From Elusimicrobiota bacterium (GTDB taxonomy: Bacteria; Elusimicrobiota; Elusimicrobia; Elusimicrobiales; UBA9959): DNA of 64,000 bases. Below the pieces are notes generated by a model. The model saw only the letters and a program-made list of their open reading frames with translations, was not told the DNA's origin and searched no databases. Below are positions 25,005 through 34,462 of this stretch, piece by piece. Made by a program: the position numbers and the translations under genes. Within the stretch, counting starts at the first letter, position 1, and each line of letters opens with the position of its first letter. The DNA is taken from NCBI GenBank assembly GCA_029267355.1, contig JAJUJA010000003.1, forward strand, positions 22,519-86,518. Direction: 5' to 3'.

Positions 25005-26296
25005 AAAAAGTCTTCGTTTCTGATTTTTCTGTGATATGTTACGGCAAAGCGATGCGCTTCATCCCTTATTTTTCTGAAAAACAAAAGCTCCTTTGACCTC
25101 GGATCAAGCCTTATCGGGCTTTTATTGTGTGCAGTATATATTTCCTCAAATCTTTTTGCCAAAGATACAATTTCTGTATCTATACCGGCTTTCCTTGAGG
25201 CTTCAACGGCCTTTTCAAGCTGTATCGGACCTCCGTCTATCACAAGAAGATCAGGGGTATCTTGCGGATTGTTCCTTATCTGTCTCAGTCTTCTTTCAAC
25301 CGCTTCAGCCATCATTTTGAAATCATCTCCGCCGGAATTTGAAGGCGCGTATCTTATCTTGAATTTTCTATAATGACCGTGATTTTTATTTCCATTCAGA
25401 AAGCATATGCAGGAGGCCACGGCATGCCTTGAAAAAAGCTGGGATATGTCAAAAACCTCAATGTGAAGCGGCGCTTTTTTTAAGTTGAGCTTTTCTTTTA
25501 TCGACAGGAAAATATCGGCTTCCTCAAGGGCTTCTTTCGCACTCAGCCGCTCTATCCTCACTTCCTGCGACATATGCCGTATCGCTTTCAGGCAGTCTCT
25601 GGCCTGAGCCGCCTTCTCATATTGTCTTGTTTTTGAAAATAGAAGCATTTCTCTTTCAAGCGTTTTTGCAAGCTTTATATAGTCTCCGCTTAAAACTTTA
25701 GCGGCCCTTTTTGCAAGGTTAAAATACTCTTTTTGCGATACTCTACGGGGATCGCATGGAGCGGGACATTGCTGCGTGTGATAATACAGGCAGGATCTTA
25801 TTTTAGCCGGCGGCAAAGGCTTTGAAAGCGAGAAATCCCACTTGCATCTTCTAAGTTTTATCAGCCCGCTTTCCTGGAATCTGCTTACCGCTTTTTTTAC
25901 TATCTCCGACTTGGGAAAAGGCCCGAAATAAACTCCGCCGTCATTTTCTTTCTTTCTGGTGAAGACAAGCCTTGGATAATCTTCCCCGGTTATTTTAAGC
26001 ATTGAATATTCTTTGCTGTCCTTCCACAGTTTATTGAAAAAAGGGTTAAATTTTTTTATGAGCTGCCTTTCGAGAAGCAAAGCTTCCCTTTCGCTCAGGC
26101 ACACTATGTAATCTATTTTTTCCACGCTGAGTTTTATTGAAGCCGTTTTCCAGCTTTTTTCCGCAGAGCTTGAGAAGTAGGAGGAAATCCTGTTTTTAAG
26201 ATTTATCGCCTTGCCGACGTAGATAACTGTCCCGCGCAGGTCCTTGAAAATATAAACTCCGGGATTTTTGGGCAAAACGGCTAATTTATCGTTCAT
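25001..26296 (-). CDS. uvrC: UvrC-like excinuclease, short form (431 aa; GIY-YIG, UVR and endonuclease V-like domains; no C-terminal HhH visible)
   Basis: GVYIFKDLRGTVIYVGKAINLKNRISSYF (GIY-YIG), YEKAAQARDCLKAIRHM (UVR), IEVFDISQLFSRHAVAS and LLVIDGGPIQL. The protein ends about 170 aa short of canonical UvrC. Confidence 0.75.
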   Translation of the reverse strand: MNDKLAVLPKNPGVYIFKDLRGTVIYVGKAINLKNRISSYFSSSAEKSWKTASIKLSVEKIDYIVCLSEREALLLERQLIKKFNPFFNKLWKDSKEYSMLKITGEDYPRLVFTRKKENDGGVYFGPFPKSEIVKKAVSRFQESGLIKLRRCKWDFSLSKPLPPAKIRSCLYYHTQQCPAPCDPRRVSQKEYFNLAKRAAKVLSGDYIKLAKTLEREMLLFSKTRQYEKAAQARDCLKAIRHMSQEVRIERLSAKEALEEADIFLSIKEKLNLKKAPLHIEVFDISQLFSRHAVASCICFLNGNKNHGHYRKFKIRYAPSNSGGDDFKMMAEAVERRLRQIRNNPQDTPDLLVIDGGPIQLEKAVEASRKAGIDTEIVSLAKRFEEIYTAHNKSPIRLDPRSKELLFFRKIRDEAHRFAVTYHRKIRNEDFL

Positions 26297-27749
26297 TTGA
26301 AAACTCCAAAAAAGGCCTTGATATGAAATAGTATAAAAGCGCTGAAATAGTTATGCTTAAAAGAATATTAAGTCCCGCCTTGATCAAAAAATTTGCGAAA
26401 AAAGCGCAAACTGCGGAAAAGAAAGCCGCTTTAAGAAGGAATCGCAAAAGGTTTGAGGCTTCTGAAGCTAGCGGCTTTTGGCGGTCAAGGAAGACAAATA
26501 AAAATCCTGCGGCTGAAACGGCCATAGAGGAATAAGCGCAGGCTTCACTATTTTCGCGATAAAAAAGAGACAGCAAAATTATGGACAGCATTGAAATGAT
26601 CAAAAAGATAAAAGATGCGGCGTTTCTTCCGCAGGCATAAAAAAAAGATATCAGTATTTTGGCTGCTGAAATGAATGGAATGGAAAGGGAGAATATTTTT
26701 AAGCAGGATACGGTCAAAGAAAGCTCTCTTTCGCCGTATGCGCCTCTTTTAAAAAGAAAGGCGCTTACCGGATTTGCCAGAACAAACAGACCCGCCGCTG
26801 CCGGGATAGTCCAGAAAAAAGATATTTTTAAAGCTTCAGCCAAAGTTTTATTTCTTTCTTTTATCAGGCCCTTTGCCGAATAGTCCGCCATTTTTGAAGC
26901 GGCTGCCGCCGCTGCCGGCGATGAGGCAAGAGAAAGGGGAAATTGCGCAAGTCTTGCCGCATTATAAACGGCCGTCAGGGCGCCTGTCTGAAAAAACGAG
27001 GAGAAGAACATATTTACCGTGAATATAAAATAGTCATATCCTGAAGGTATGGCGGAAAAGAAAACTTTTGCCGTTTCTTTGAGCTTTTCTTCTGTAAAAG
27101 CGGAAAACACTCCAGAGATTTCCTTCTCTTTTTTAAGCGCTGACTTGAATAGATAGAATTGAATCACACAGGAAAAGGTCCCGGCCGCGGCGGCCCAAAG
27201 ACAGGCTGAACGGGGTGAATATTCCCTTAAAATAAATGCTGAAAAAGAGACAAAAACCGAAAAAATCAGCTGTATAAGCGCAGGCGCGGCAAAACTGCCT
27301 TTAGAATTCAGTATACCCTGCCATATGGAAAACAATGCTATAAAGAATATCTGCGGCGACATAAGAATCATAATGAGGGCATAAAGGGAGGCGGTTTCGG
27401 CGCGGCCGGGGAAAATAATGCCGGAAAGCGGATAAGCGAGAACTGCCGTCAAAAAAGAGAAAAAAAGGCCTATGGCGGCCGCGCTTGACGCATATTGAGC
27501 CTTTAATCCGTCCTGCCCCGTTTTTTCTCTTGAAAGGGCAAAACTTAGCGCCGCATTTATATTGCCTTCAGAAGCCGTTTTTCTGAAAAAAGTCACAACT
27601 CTTAAAGCTGAATAATAGGAGTCTGTTACAGCCGAAGCGCCGAAAAACCAGGCAAAAAGCGCGTCCCTCACATAGCCCAGCCCTTTTGACAAAAGAGATA
27701 TCAAAGCCAAAACCGAGGAGTTCTTTAAAATAGTTGATTTTTCGCTCAT
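26286..27749 (-). CDS. murJ: Lipid II flippase MurJ (MviN)
   Basis: LISLLSKGLGYVRDALFAWFFGASAVTDSYYSA N-terminal signature and about 14 TM segments. I prefer the start at MSEKS (27749) over 27770. Confidence 0.85.
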   Translation of the reverse strand: MSEKSTILKNSSVLALISLLSKGLGYVRDALFAWFFGASAVTDSYYSALRVVTFFRKTASEGNINAALSFALSREKTGQDGLKAQYASSAAAIGLFFSFLTAVLAYPLSGIIFPGRAETASLYALIMILMSPQIFFIALFSIWQGILNSKGSFAAPALIQLIFSVFVSFSAFILREYSPRSACLWAAAAGTFSCVIQFYLFKSALKKEKEISGVFSAFTEEKLKETAKVFFSAIPSGYDYFIFTVNMFFSSFFQTGALTAVYNAARLAQFPLSLASSPAAAAAASKMADYSAKGLIKERNKTLAEALKISFFWTIPAAAGLFVLANPVSAFLFKRGAYGERELSLTVSCLKIFSLSIPFISAAKILISFFYACGRNAASFIFLIISMLSIILLSLFYRENSEACAYSSMAVSAAGFLFVFLDRQKPLASEASNLLRFLLKAAFFSAVCAFFANFLIKAGLNILLSITISALLYYFISRPFLEFSNER

Positions 27750-27771
27750 AAAATAATAAACTATACTCACT

Positions 27772-28059
27772 ATGGCAAAACTTAAAACTGGAAGACATAC
27801 AAGCGCGATAAAGGCCGTAAGGCAGGCGGAAAAAAGAGCCGCCGCTAATCGCGGAATAAAAGTCAGGATTCACGATAAAATTAAGAATTTCAAGAAACTG
27901 CTTTCCGCAAAAGACCTTGAAAATGCCTCTAAACTGCTGCCTCAGCTTTCTTCTATGCTGGATAAGGCAGCCAAAAAAGGCACGCTGCATCATAAAAACG
28001 CTTCAAGGCGCAAGGCCAGGCTGGCTTTGATGTACAAGAAAGCCGCTTCCGGCAAATAA
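27772..28059 (+). CDS. rpsT: 30S ribosomal protein S20
   Basis: MAKLKTGRHTSAIKAVRQAEKRAAANR; small, basic and helical. Confidence 0.9.
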   Translation: MAKLKTGRHTSAIKAVRQAEKRAAANRGIKVRIHDKIKNFKKLLSAKDLENASKLLPQLSSMLDKAAKKGTLHHKNASRRKARLALMYKKAASGK

Positions 28060-28077
28060 TACGGCTTAAATCGCCAA

Positions 28078-28107
28078 AGCCTCCCTCTGTGAGGGGGGCT
28101 TTTTTTA
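28078..28107 (+). terminator. Rho-independent terminator after rpsT (between convergent rpsT and holA)
   Basis: AGCCTCCCTC-TGT-GAGGGGGGCT forms a roughly 10-bp stem with one G-U pair, followed by TTTTTTT. Confidence 0.7.
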
Positions 28108-28108
28108 T

Positions 28109-29119
28109 TCAAAGAGCTTTGTTCAACTCGTAGGCTATATTTTTAATCAGTATCCTGGGATCCCTTCCGGATGAAGTCTTAAGCAGATTTTCGGCTTCGG
28201 CACATCTGCGCAGAAGTTTCTCGGCTTTTATAGAAGATATGCCTCTCGATGAGTTAAAGGCCTTGAATTCCCTGTAGAACACTCCTATTGAATAAGCTGT
28301 TTTAAAATCTCCGGAAAATCCATTTTCTCTCAGGATGGCCATTTTCAATAATTTCTCGCCGGCCAGGGTGAATACGCTTAATATTGCCAGCGGTTCCACG
28401 TTTGAATCCAGAAGCTTTTCGGTTATGTTAAGAATTTTTTTTCTGTCGCCGTTCAGGGCTGCATCCATTATCTCATAAGGATTCTCTTCCCTGTGAACTG
28501 AGCAGCAGAGGGAAATATCGCTCTTCTCTATCTCTTCCTTTCCGCAGGCATATAAGGATATCTTTTCAGCCTCATTTTCCAACACGGAACTATCTCCCCC
28601 GGCCATTGAATAAAGGAATTCCGCATTCTCCTGGGAAATATGCATCTTTCTTTCTTTGAATTTCTCCTTTATAAAAGCGCAGGCCTCAATGATGTCCATT
28701 TCCTCAAAAACACAATGTATCATTCCGGATTCTTCAAGAAGTGCGTATGCCGCATCTTCCTTGCCAAGGGTTTCTCCGTACATTATTACAAGGCATGTGA
28801 AGTCAGGCGGATTCTTGCAGTAGGAGAAAAGATCCCTGAGTTCTGCGGCGCGCAGCTTTTCGGCTCTTTTCAAAACCGCCACTTTTTTGGGGCAGTGCAT
28901 CGGCGGGCTGTCGCAGTCAAGAAGGAAATCTCCCAGATTTTTGGGGTCAGCCTCTTTTTTTAGAAAATCAAAAGGATTGTCCTTGTATATTTTGTTTTTT
29001 TCAAGTATGCACAGCAGTTTTGTCTTTCTCAGATGATCGGGGCCGGAAAAAAAATAGACTTTGCCCAGATTCAGGCTGGAAAAATCATCCGCTATCTTTT
29101 TTGCGTTTTCAATTTTCAT
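28109..29119 (-). CDS. holA: DNA polymerase III delta subunit (HolA-like)
   Basis: Size (336 aa), the VYFFSGPD N-terminal pattern, and conserved lptE-holA synteny. Sequence motifs are weak. Confidence 0.6.
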   Translation of the reverse strand: MKIENAKKIADDFSSLNLGKVYFFSGPDHLRKTKLLCILEKNKIYKDNPFDFLKKEADPKNLGDFLLDCDSPPMHCPKKVAVLKRAEKLRAAELRDLFSYCKNPPDFTCLVIMYGETLGKEDAAYALLEESGMIHCVFEEMDIIEACAFIKEKFKERKMHISQENAEFLYSMAGGDSSVLENEAEKISLYACGKEEIEKSDISLCCSVHREENPYEIMDAALNGDRKKILNITEKLLDSNVEPLAILSVFTLAGEKLLKMAILRENGFSGDFKTAYSIGVFYREFKAFNSSRGISSIKAEKLLRRCAEAENLLKTSSGRDPRILIKNIAYELNKAL

Positions 29120-29672
29120 TTTTTGCAGGGTCTGGGAGCTTTTTTTCTGAAACGCTTGTGGCTGATCCGAAGCCCATGACCGTCCTTTTAACTATGTCCT
29201 TGGCCATTACTTCCCATATTTGTTCTCTGGCCTGCTCTTCGGTCAGCCCGCCGGGAAGCGTGGCCGCCGAGTATATTTTGGTCGTTTGAAGGGCCGGCTC
29301 CTGCCAAAGATAAAAGTTTCCCTTTTTATCAAGGAATCTGACTCCGACTATCACATTCAGCTTATAAACAGTTGTCACCATATTCCTGTCATATTGTATG
29401 GGAGTCAGAATATAATGGGAAATCTCGCCGCTTAAAGTCCCGTCCGCTTCCTGTTCGCTTACAAGCTTATATTGTCCGTCTTTAAGAAATTCGTCTATTA
29501 TTTTGAGAGTTAGTTTTTCCTCAAGGCCGAATTGCTGGCTTTTATTTGAAAAATTCTTAACCGCTATGGATTTTATATGATTGGGCAGTATTTGAGCCGC
29601 AGGCCTGTAAATTATGTTTTCCGAACCGCAGGCCGCAAAAAAAATGCATGCGGATAAAATAGCCTTTTTCAT
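29109..29672 (-). CDS. LptE-like outer-membrane lipoprotein
   Basis: Lipobox FFAACGS, size of about 187 aa, and position immediately upstream of, and overlapping, holA as in the proteobacterial lptE-holA arrangement. Confidence 0.5.
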   Translation of the reverse strand: MKKAILSACIFFAACGSENIIYRPAAQILPNHIKSIAVKNFSNKSQQFGLEEKLTLKIIDEFLKDGQYKLVSEQEADGTLSGEISHYILTPIQYDRNMVTTVYKLNVIVGVRFLDKKGNFYLWQEPALQTTKIYSAATLPGGLTEEQAREQIWEVMAKDIVKRTVMGFGSATSVSEKKLPDPAKNEN

Positions 29673-29765
29673 AAATTCCCCCGTAATACAACAAAAGCGT
29701 TAAAATTTTCCTTCATATTCAAGCTAAGTATATTCTATCAAATAGGAAATTTGTTTTTTAAGATA

Positions 29766-30182
29766 TCAGAAATCTCTTCTAAGCCAGCGCAAAGTCTCTT
29801 TATTCATGGCTTTTCTTAAGGCCGGGGTTTTATCTTCCCTGCCTAAAAGGTGAAGGCAGGCATGTACCAGCAAAACGGCAAGCTCGCAATAAAGGCTGTG
29901 TCCGTAAAATTTTGCCTGAGATTCGGCCTGATCCACGCATATATAGGCTTCTCCGGTTTCCCCGGCAGGCGAAATCAAATTGAAAGTTATTACATCGGTC
30001 GGGGTTTTCTTATTGAAATAGGTCATATTAAGCTTTTTTATGTAATTGCGGTTTACGAATATAAAGCTGACCTCGGCGTCAAATCTTTTAAGCACCATAG
30101 CGGCAAGTTTTCCTGCTTTTTTAAGGAAAGGGGAAAGATCCCTTTTTGTTTTATTGTAAAAACTTATTTTTTCTTTTCCCAT
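29766..30182 (-). CDS. ybeY: rRNA maturation endoribonuclease YbeY
   Basis: TDVITF and LLVHACLHLLGRED (H-x3-H-x-x-G metal motif; the third His position appears to be Glu). phoH-ybeY synteny. Confidence 0.75.
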   Translation of the reverse strand: MGKEKISFYNKTKRDLSPFLKKAGKLAAMVLKRFDAEVSFIFVNRNYIKKLNMTYFNKKTPTDVITFNLISPAGETGEAYICVDQAESQAKFYGHSLYCELAVLLVHACLHLLGREDKTPALRKAMNKETLRWLRRDF

Positions 30183-31111
30183 TTCTCGTACGCCTCTATT
30201 ATCCTTGACACCACAGGATGCCTGACTATATCGGTCTTTTCAAGCCTGATGAACTTTATCTGCTCTATATTTCTGAATATCTTTTCAGCCAGAACCAGAC
30301 CTGAAGGCATGCCGCCGGGCAGATCGCTTTGAGTGATGTCGCCCGTAACGATCGCTTTTGAAAACATCCCCATTCTTGTCAGAAACATTTTCATCTGTTC
30401 GGCAGTGGCATTTTGAGCCTCATCCAGAATTATAAACGAATTTTCAAGAGTGCGCCCTCTCATATAGGCAAGCGGAGCCGTTTCTATGATCTGCTCTTCC
30501 CTGTAAATTCTGAAGGTTTCAGGCCCGAGCAGCGAAAAAAGCGCGTCATGCAAAGGCCTGAGATAAGGGTTCACTTTTTCCTCAATGTCGCCCGGCAGAA
30601 ACCCAAGCCTTTCTCCTGCTTCCACTATCGGTCTGGCCAGAACTATCCTCTTAACTTCCTTTCTTTTAAGCGCCGCCAGAGCCATGGCTACGGCAAGATA
30701 GGTCTTACCCGTGCCGGCGGGACCTGTGGCAAAAACGACATCGCTTTCTGCCGCCGCTTTTATGTATTTTTTCTGATTTTCAGTTCTGGGAAAAATTTCC
30801 TTACCGCTGCAGGACATATAAATGGCGCCCTGCGGCAGGGGCTTCTCAGGGGTTTCATCGGCTTCTTGGCTTTTCTTCTCGTTTTTTATGAAGTAATAGG
30901 ATTGGAGCATATTTGTTATTTCCCTGTGCGCCTTGTCGACAGATGAGTTCTTGCCTCTTAGGGTAAGAACTGCGCTTTCATTCTGCTCATCATGTTTTAT
31001 GAATACCGTTATTCTGAAGGCCCTTTCAAGCGTTCTCAGATTTGAGTCTGACGGGCCGAGAATATTTACTATCTCTTCATTGTTTTTTAAGTAGACTTTT
31101 CTTGTTATCAT
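30164..31111 (-). CDS. phoH: PhoH-like ATPase (YbeZ)
   Basis: GPAGTGKTYLAVAMA Walker A, FIILDEAQN, and GDITQSDLP. Confidence 0.9.
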   Translation of the reverse strand: MITRKVYLKNNEEIVNILGPSDSNLRTLERAFRITVFIKHDEQNESAVLTLRGKNSSVDKAHREITNMLQSYYFIKNEKKSQEADETPEKPLPQGAIYMSCSGKEIFPRTENQKKYIKAAAESDVVFATGPAGTGKTYLAVAMALAALKRKEVKRIVLARPIVEAGERLGFLPGDIEEKVNPYLRPLHDALFSLLGPETFRIYREEQIIETAPLAYMRGRTLENSFIILDEAQNATAEQMKMFLTRMGMFSKAIVTGDITQSDLPGGMPSGLVLAEKIFRNIEQIKFIRLEKTDIVRHPVVSRIIEAYEKWEKKK

Positions 31112-33176
31112 AATTCTCGTTCTTTATGAAATCGTATTTCCACGCCAGTTTTGAATAAGGCGAAATATCCAGAAATGATTTTATCCTCTTTTCATAATCG
31201 GCATTTTTCCCTGCCGACAGAGTTATGAAATGCTTCATATAGTCATAGGCGAAGGGCAGTTTTTTCAGAAGAGAAAAAGGTTTTTCGTCCTTTTCCAGAA
31301 TTTCAAAGGCTTCAAAGGCTTTGTTGATATCCCAGCCGGCCATTGCCGCCTTTCTTATGAAAGCAGCCAGCTGCAGATTCTGTTTTTCACGCGAGAGGAA
31401 AATTTCAGCGAAGGCCTTTTCCTCGTCTCTTAAAGATGAGATGTCCAGATTAATTTCAAATTCGGAAGATTTTGACTTAAGATTGTTTTCAAAATCGGCA
31501 AGTTTTGCCCGCCTCGCCGAGAATAATAGATTGTCCTGCGTTTTTTTGATATGAGCAAAAAAATCGCTTTTTATAAAGGTGGAAAGCTCCGCCGAGGATA
31601 TGTGGAAAAAGAAATCGTTTCCTTCCGTTTTCTCGCGCAGAACTCTGAATCTGTAATCGCAATGGGTTTCAAAAGGCACGTCATATCCCAGAACTATCTT
31701 TGATGCAAAAGCGAATATCGCGCAATAAGGAGTTTTGCTTTCTTCATTAAGAAATGAAAGAAGTTTCCGGCCGTTATAGCCGCGCACATTTGACCTTACG
31801 TTTTCAAGGATTTCAAAAAGCGGGAAAATATCTTCTCCAAGAGACATTGCTCTTTCCGCCGCTCTCCGCGCAAATTTCAGCGCCTTTAATGGCTCTATTG
31901 AGGTTATATCATCAAAAAACCATGCGCAGCTTGTTGCGGCATACTGGGCATTTTTCATCATTTCCAGAGCCGAAAGAGCCTGCCTTATCTCCGAAGGCGG
32001 AATATTGTTAAACGCCCTCTCTTTCACAAAGGAAAGCACGAACATGGGGCTTCTTTTATCCAGGCATTGCGGGTAAGAAAGCAGCGCTTCTTGCGGATCC
32101 TTGAAAATGCTTTTTGTTTTGTCAAAATATATCCTCTCCGTTTCCGACTGAAGCTTGTCTGAAAAAGTTTTAAGAGTTTCGCGCCAGCTCTGTTCCTTAT
32201 TGCTCTGGTCTATTCTGCAGCCGCAATTTCTTTCCCATCTGCCCAAACCGTGAGAACATGACCATGCCGTGTTATTGATTATGGATATTTCTTTCTGCGG
32301 GGGGAACTGTTTCAAATATGCGGAATAGTTTATAAGAGAGATTTTTTTGTCCTTCAATATTTTTTCCAAAAGGGCGGTCAAATGCAAGTCCCCGTCCTTG
32401 ATATGATGTCCGTAATTTTCTCCGTCGCTTGCTATCGAAAGTATCTGCGGCGAGCTGTCTGCGGAAAATGAGGAAAGAATTCTGAGATAATACTTCTCCG
32501 TATTTTCCATTTCAGGCTTTATTTTTTGTGAGAGAGCGGAGTTGAAGAAAAAAACTGAAAGCTTTTTGCCTGGCTGCTGTCTTGAATTGAAAACATACGG
32601 CTGCAGTGTTTTTGAGTCCTCAAGCGTCTGAGCGCCGTCCTTTGCCTGAGATGGAGATAAAATGACAAATTCCGCTCGGCAGGCAATGAGAGCTTCAAGG
32701 GTATCTTCGTCCACAGCCGTTTCGGCCAGCCACAAGGCTTTGGGTTTTCTCCTGAACTTTGATTCAAAATAGTCCATCCCCCATTTTATCTGTATTTTTT
32801 TTGCCAGGGGGGAGCAATGCGGCATTATGCGGTGATTGTAAACCTGCGCTATGGCCGAGCCTTCTCCGTAGATTTTTGCCGAAACGGCGTCGGCTTCCCT
32901 TATGGCGGCAAAAAGCCTTGGATAATGGTCTTCTATCCAGCTTAAAAGAGTAGGGCCGAAATTAAAGCTTATATGCGAGTATACGGAGACAAAGCAGTCC
33001 AGCGAATGCGATTTTATTCTCGGCAGTGAAAGAGGGCCATAGCACTCATCCGTTATTTTTCTGTTGAAATCCCTGTAAGGCGCGGCTTGCGGCTCAAGCT
33101 CGCAAACCATTGTCCACGGATTTTGCCTGGGCGGCTGATAAAAATGTGCATGCGCGCAAAAGAATTTGTTTTTCAT
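31077..33176 (-). CDS. Glycoside hydrolase family 57 protein with long C-terminal extension (DUF3536-like)
   Basis: The FCAHAHFYQPPRQNPW N-terminal GH57 pattern, DGENYGHH, and WSCSHGLGRW. It is adjacent to glgC. Confidence 0.7.
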   Translation of the reverse strand: MKNKFFCAHAHFYQPPRQNPWTMVCELEPQAAPYRDFNRKITDECYGPLSLPRIKSHSLDCFVSVYSHISFNFGPTLLSWIEDHYPRLFAAIREADAVSAKIYGEGSAIAQVYNHRIMPHCSPLAKKIQIKWGMDYFESKFRRKPKALWLAETAVDEDTLEALIACRAEFVILSPSQAKDGAQTLEDSKTLQPYVFNSRQQPGKKLSVFFFNSALSQKIKPEMENTEKYYLRILSSFSADSSPQILSIASDGENYGHHIKDGDLHLTALLEKILKDKKISLINYSAYLKQFPPQKEISIINNTAWSCSHGLGRWERNCGCRIDQSNKEQSWRETLKTFSDKLQSETERIYFDKTKSIFKDPQEALLSYPQCLDKRSPMFVLSFVKERAFNNIPPSEIRQALSALEMMKNAQYAATSCAWFFDDITSIEPLKALKFARRAAERAMSLGEDIFPLFEILENVRSNVRGYNGRKLLSFLNEESKTPYCAIFAFASKIVLGYDVPFETHCDYRFRVLREKTEGNDFFFHISSAELSTFIKSDFFAHIKKTQDNLLFSARRAKLADFENNLKSKSSEFEINLDISSLRDEEKAFAEIFLSREKQNLQLAAFIRKAAMAGWDINKAFEAFEILEKDEKPFSLLKKLPFAYDYMKHFITLSAGKNADYEKRIKSFLDISPYSKLAWKYDFIKNENYDNKKSLLKKQ

Positions 33177-33180
33177 GATC

Positions 33181-34392
33181 TCACCATTGCCACTTTGAAA
33201 TGCCTCTTGGTATGACCACTATGCCGTCCGGGTCTATGTAGTAATTCTGAGCGTCTTTTTCCTGGTCGTATCCTATTGTCGTCTTGGGTTCAAACGTATT
33301 AAAGCGGTCTATTATGACCCTTTTGAGTTTTGAACCGGCTTTTATTTCACAGCCGTCCATTATTATGCAGTCCTCAAGCTGGCATTTCTCGTGAATGATG
33401 ACTTCAGACGATATGAAACACCTTTTAAGCGAGGACTGATTTATAACGGAACCGTCGCAGACCATACAGTCCTGCAGATTGGATTCTATTATTTTTGCCG
33501 GAGCCGAATGATGCTGTGAGCAATGTATCGGCCAGCTCTTATTGTTAAGGTCCAGAAGCGGCTTGGGACCGAGCATGTCCATATGCGACTGCCAGAATGA
33601 CTCTATAGTGCCTACGTCTCTCCAATAGTTCTTTTCCTCATAGGATTTGACGCCGGGCAGGTTTTGAGAACTGAAATTATAAGCGAAAACCCTGTATCTT
33701 TTGTGTATTGAGGGAAGTATGGTCTTGCCGAAGTCCAGCGCCTCTCCGTCACCGCCTTCTTCGTGCAGTATCTTGACCAGGGCATCGTAGGAGAATATGT
33801 AATTACCCATTGAGGCATAAACGAGATTGGGATTTGAAGGCAGGGGTTTTGGATTTTTCGGCTTTTCTTCAAAACCTGTGACTTTATTCTTTGAATCAAC
33901 AACGATAGTGCCGAACCTCCCTGCCTGTTTTATGGGTACGGTTATCGCTGAAATGGTTACATCCGCCTTATTTTCAGTATGGAACTTTATCATCTGGCCT
34001 ATGTCCATTCTATAAATATGGTCCGCTCCGAAAATGGCCACAAGGTCGGGGTTAAAATCGCTTATGAGGTTAAGATTCTGCTTTACAGCGTCAGCCGTCC
34101 CTCTGTACCACATTTCTCCAAGCCGCATTTGCGGGGGGACTATTGTTATGAACTGCTCTTTTGTCAGGCCGGTGAGCACCCAGTTGGATCTCAGGTATTC
34201 GATAAGAGATTGCGAGAGATATTGAACCAGAACATAGTTTGCATGTATGCCTGAATTTATAAAGTTGGATAGAACGAAGTCTATTATCCTATATTTACCT
34301 GCAAAAGGCACAGCCGGCTTGGATCTTTCCTTTGTCAGCGGGTAAAGGCGTTCGCCTTTGCCTCCAGCCATTATTATTCCAAGTGTTTTCAT
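33181..34392 (-). CDS. glgC: Glucose-1-phosphate adenylyltransferase
   Basis: GIIMAGGKGERLYPLTKERSKPAVPFAGKYRIIDFVLSN, WYRGTADA, and a C-terminal left-handed beta-helix region. Confidence 0.9.
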   Translation of the reverse strand: MKTLGIIMAGGKGERLYPLTKERSKPAVPFAGKYRIIDFVLSNFINSGIHANYVLVQYLSQSLIEYLRSNWVLTGLTKEQFITIVPPQMRLGEMWYRGTADAVKQNLNLISDFNPDLVAIFGADHIYRMDIGQMIKFHTENKADVTISAITVPIKQAGRFGTIVVDSKNKVTGFEEKPKNPKPLPSNPNLVYASMGNYIFSYDALVKILHEEGGDGEALDFGKTILPSIHKRYRVFAYNFSSQNLPGVKSYEEKNYWRDVGTIESFWQSHMDMLGPKPLLDLNNKSWPIHCSQHHSAPAKIIESNLQDCMVCDGSVINQSSLKRCFISSEVIIHEKCQLEDCIIMDGCEIKAGSKLKRVIIDRFNTFEPKTTIGYDQEKDAQNYYIDPDGIVVIPRGISKWQW

Positions 34393-34462
34393 CTTTCCTC
34401 CATAAAAAACTGAAACTCCGGGCTTTTTCAGATACTGCCCGAACAGTACGGGAGAAAATATT

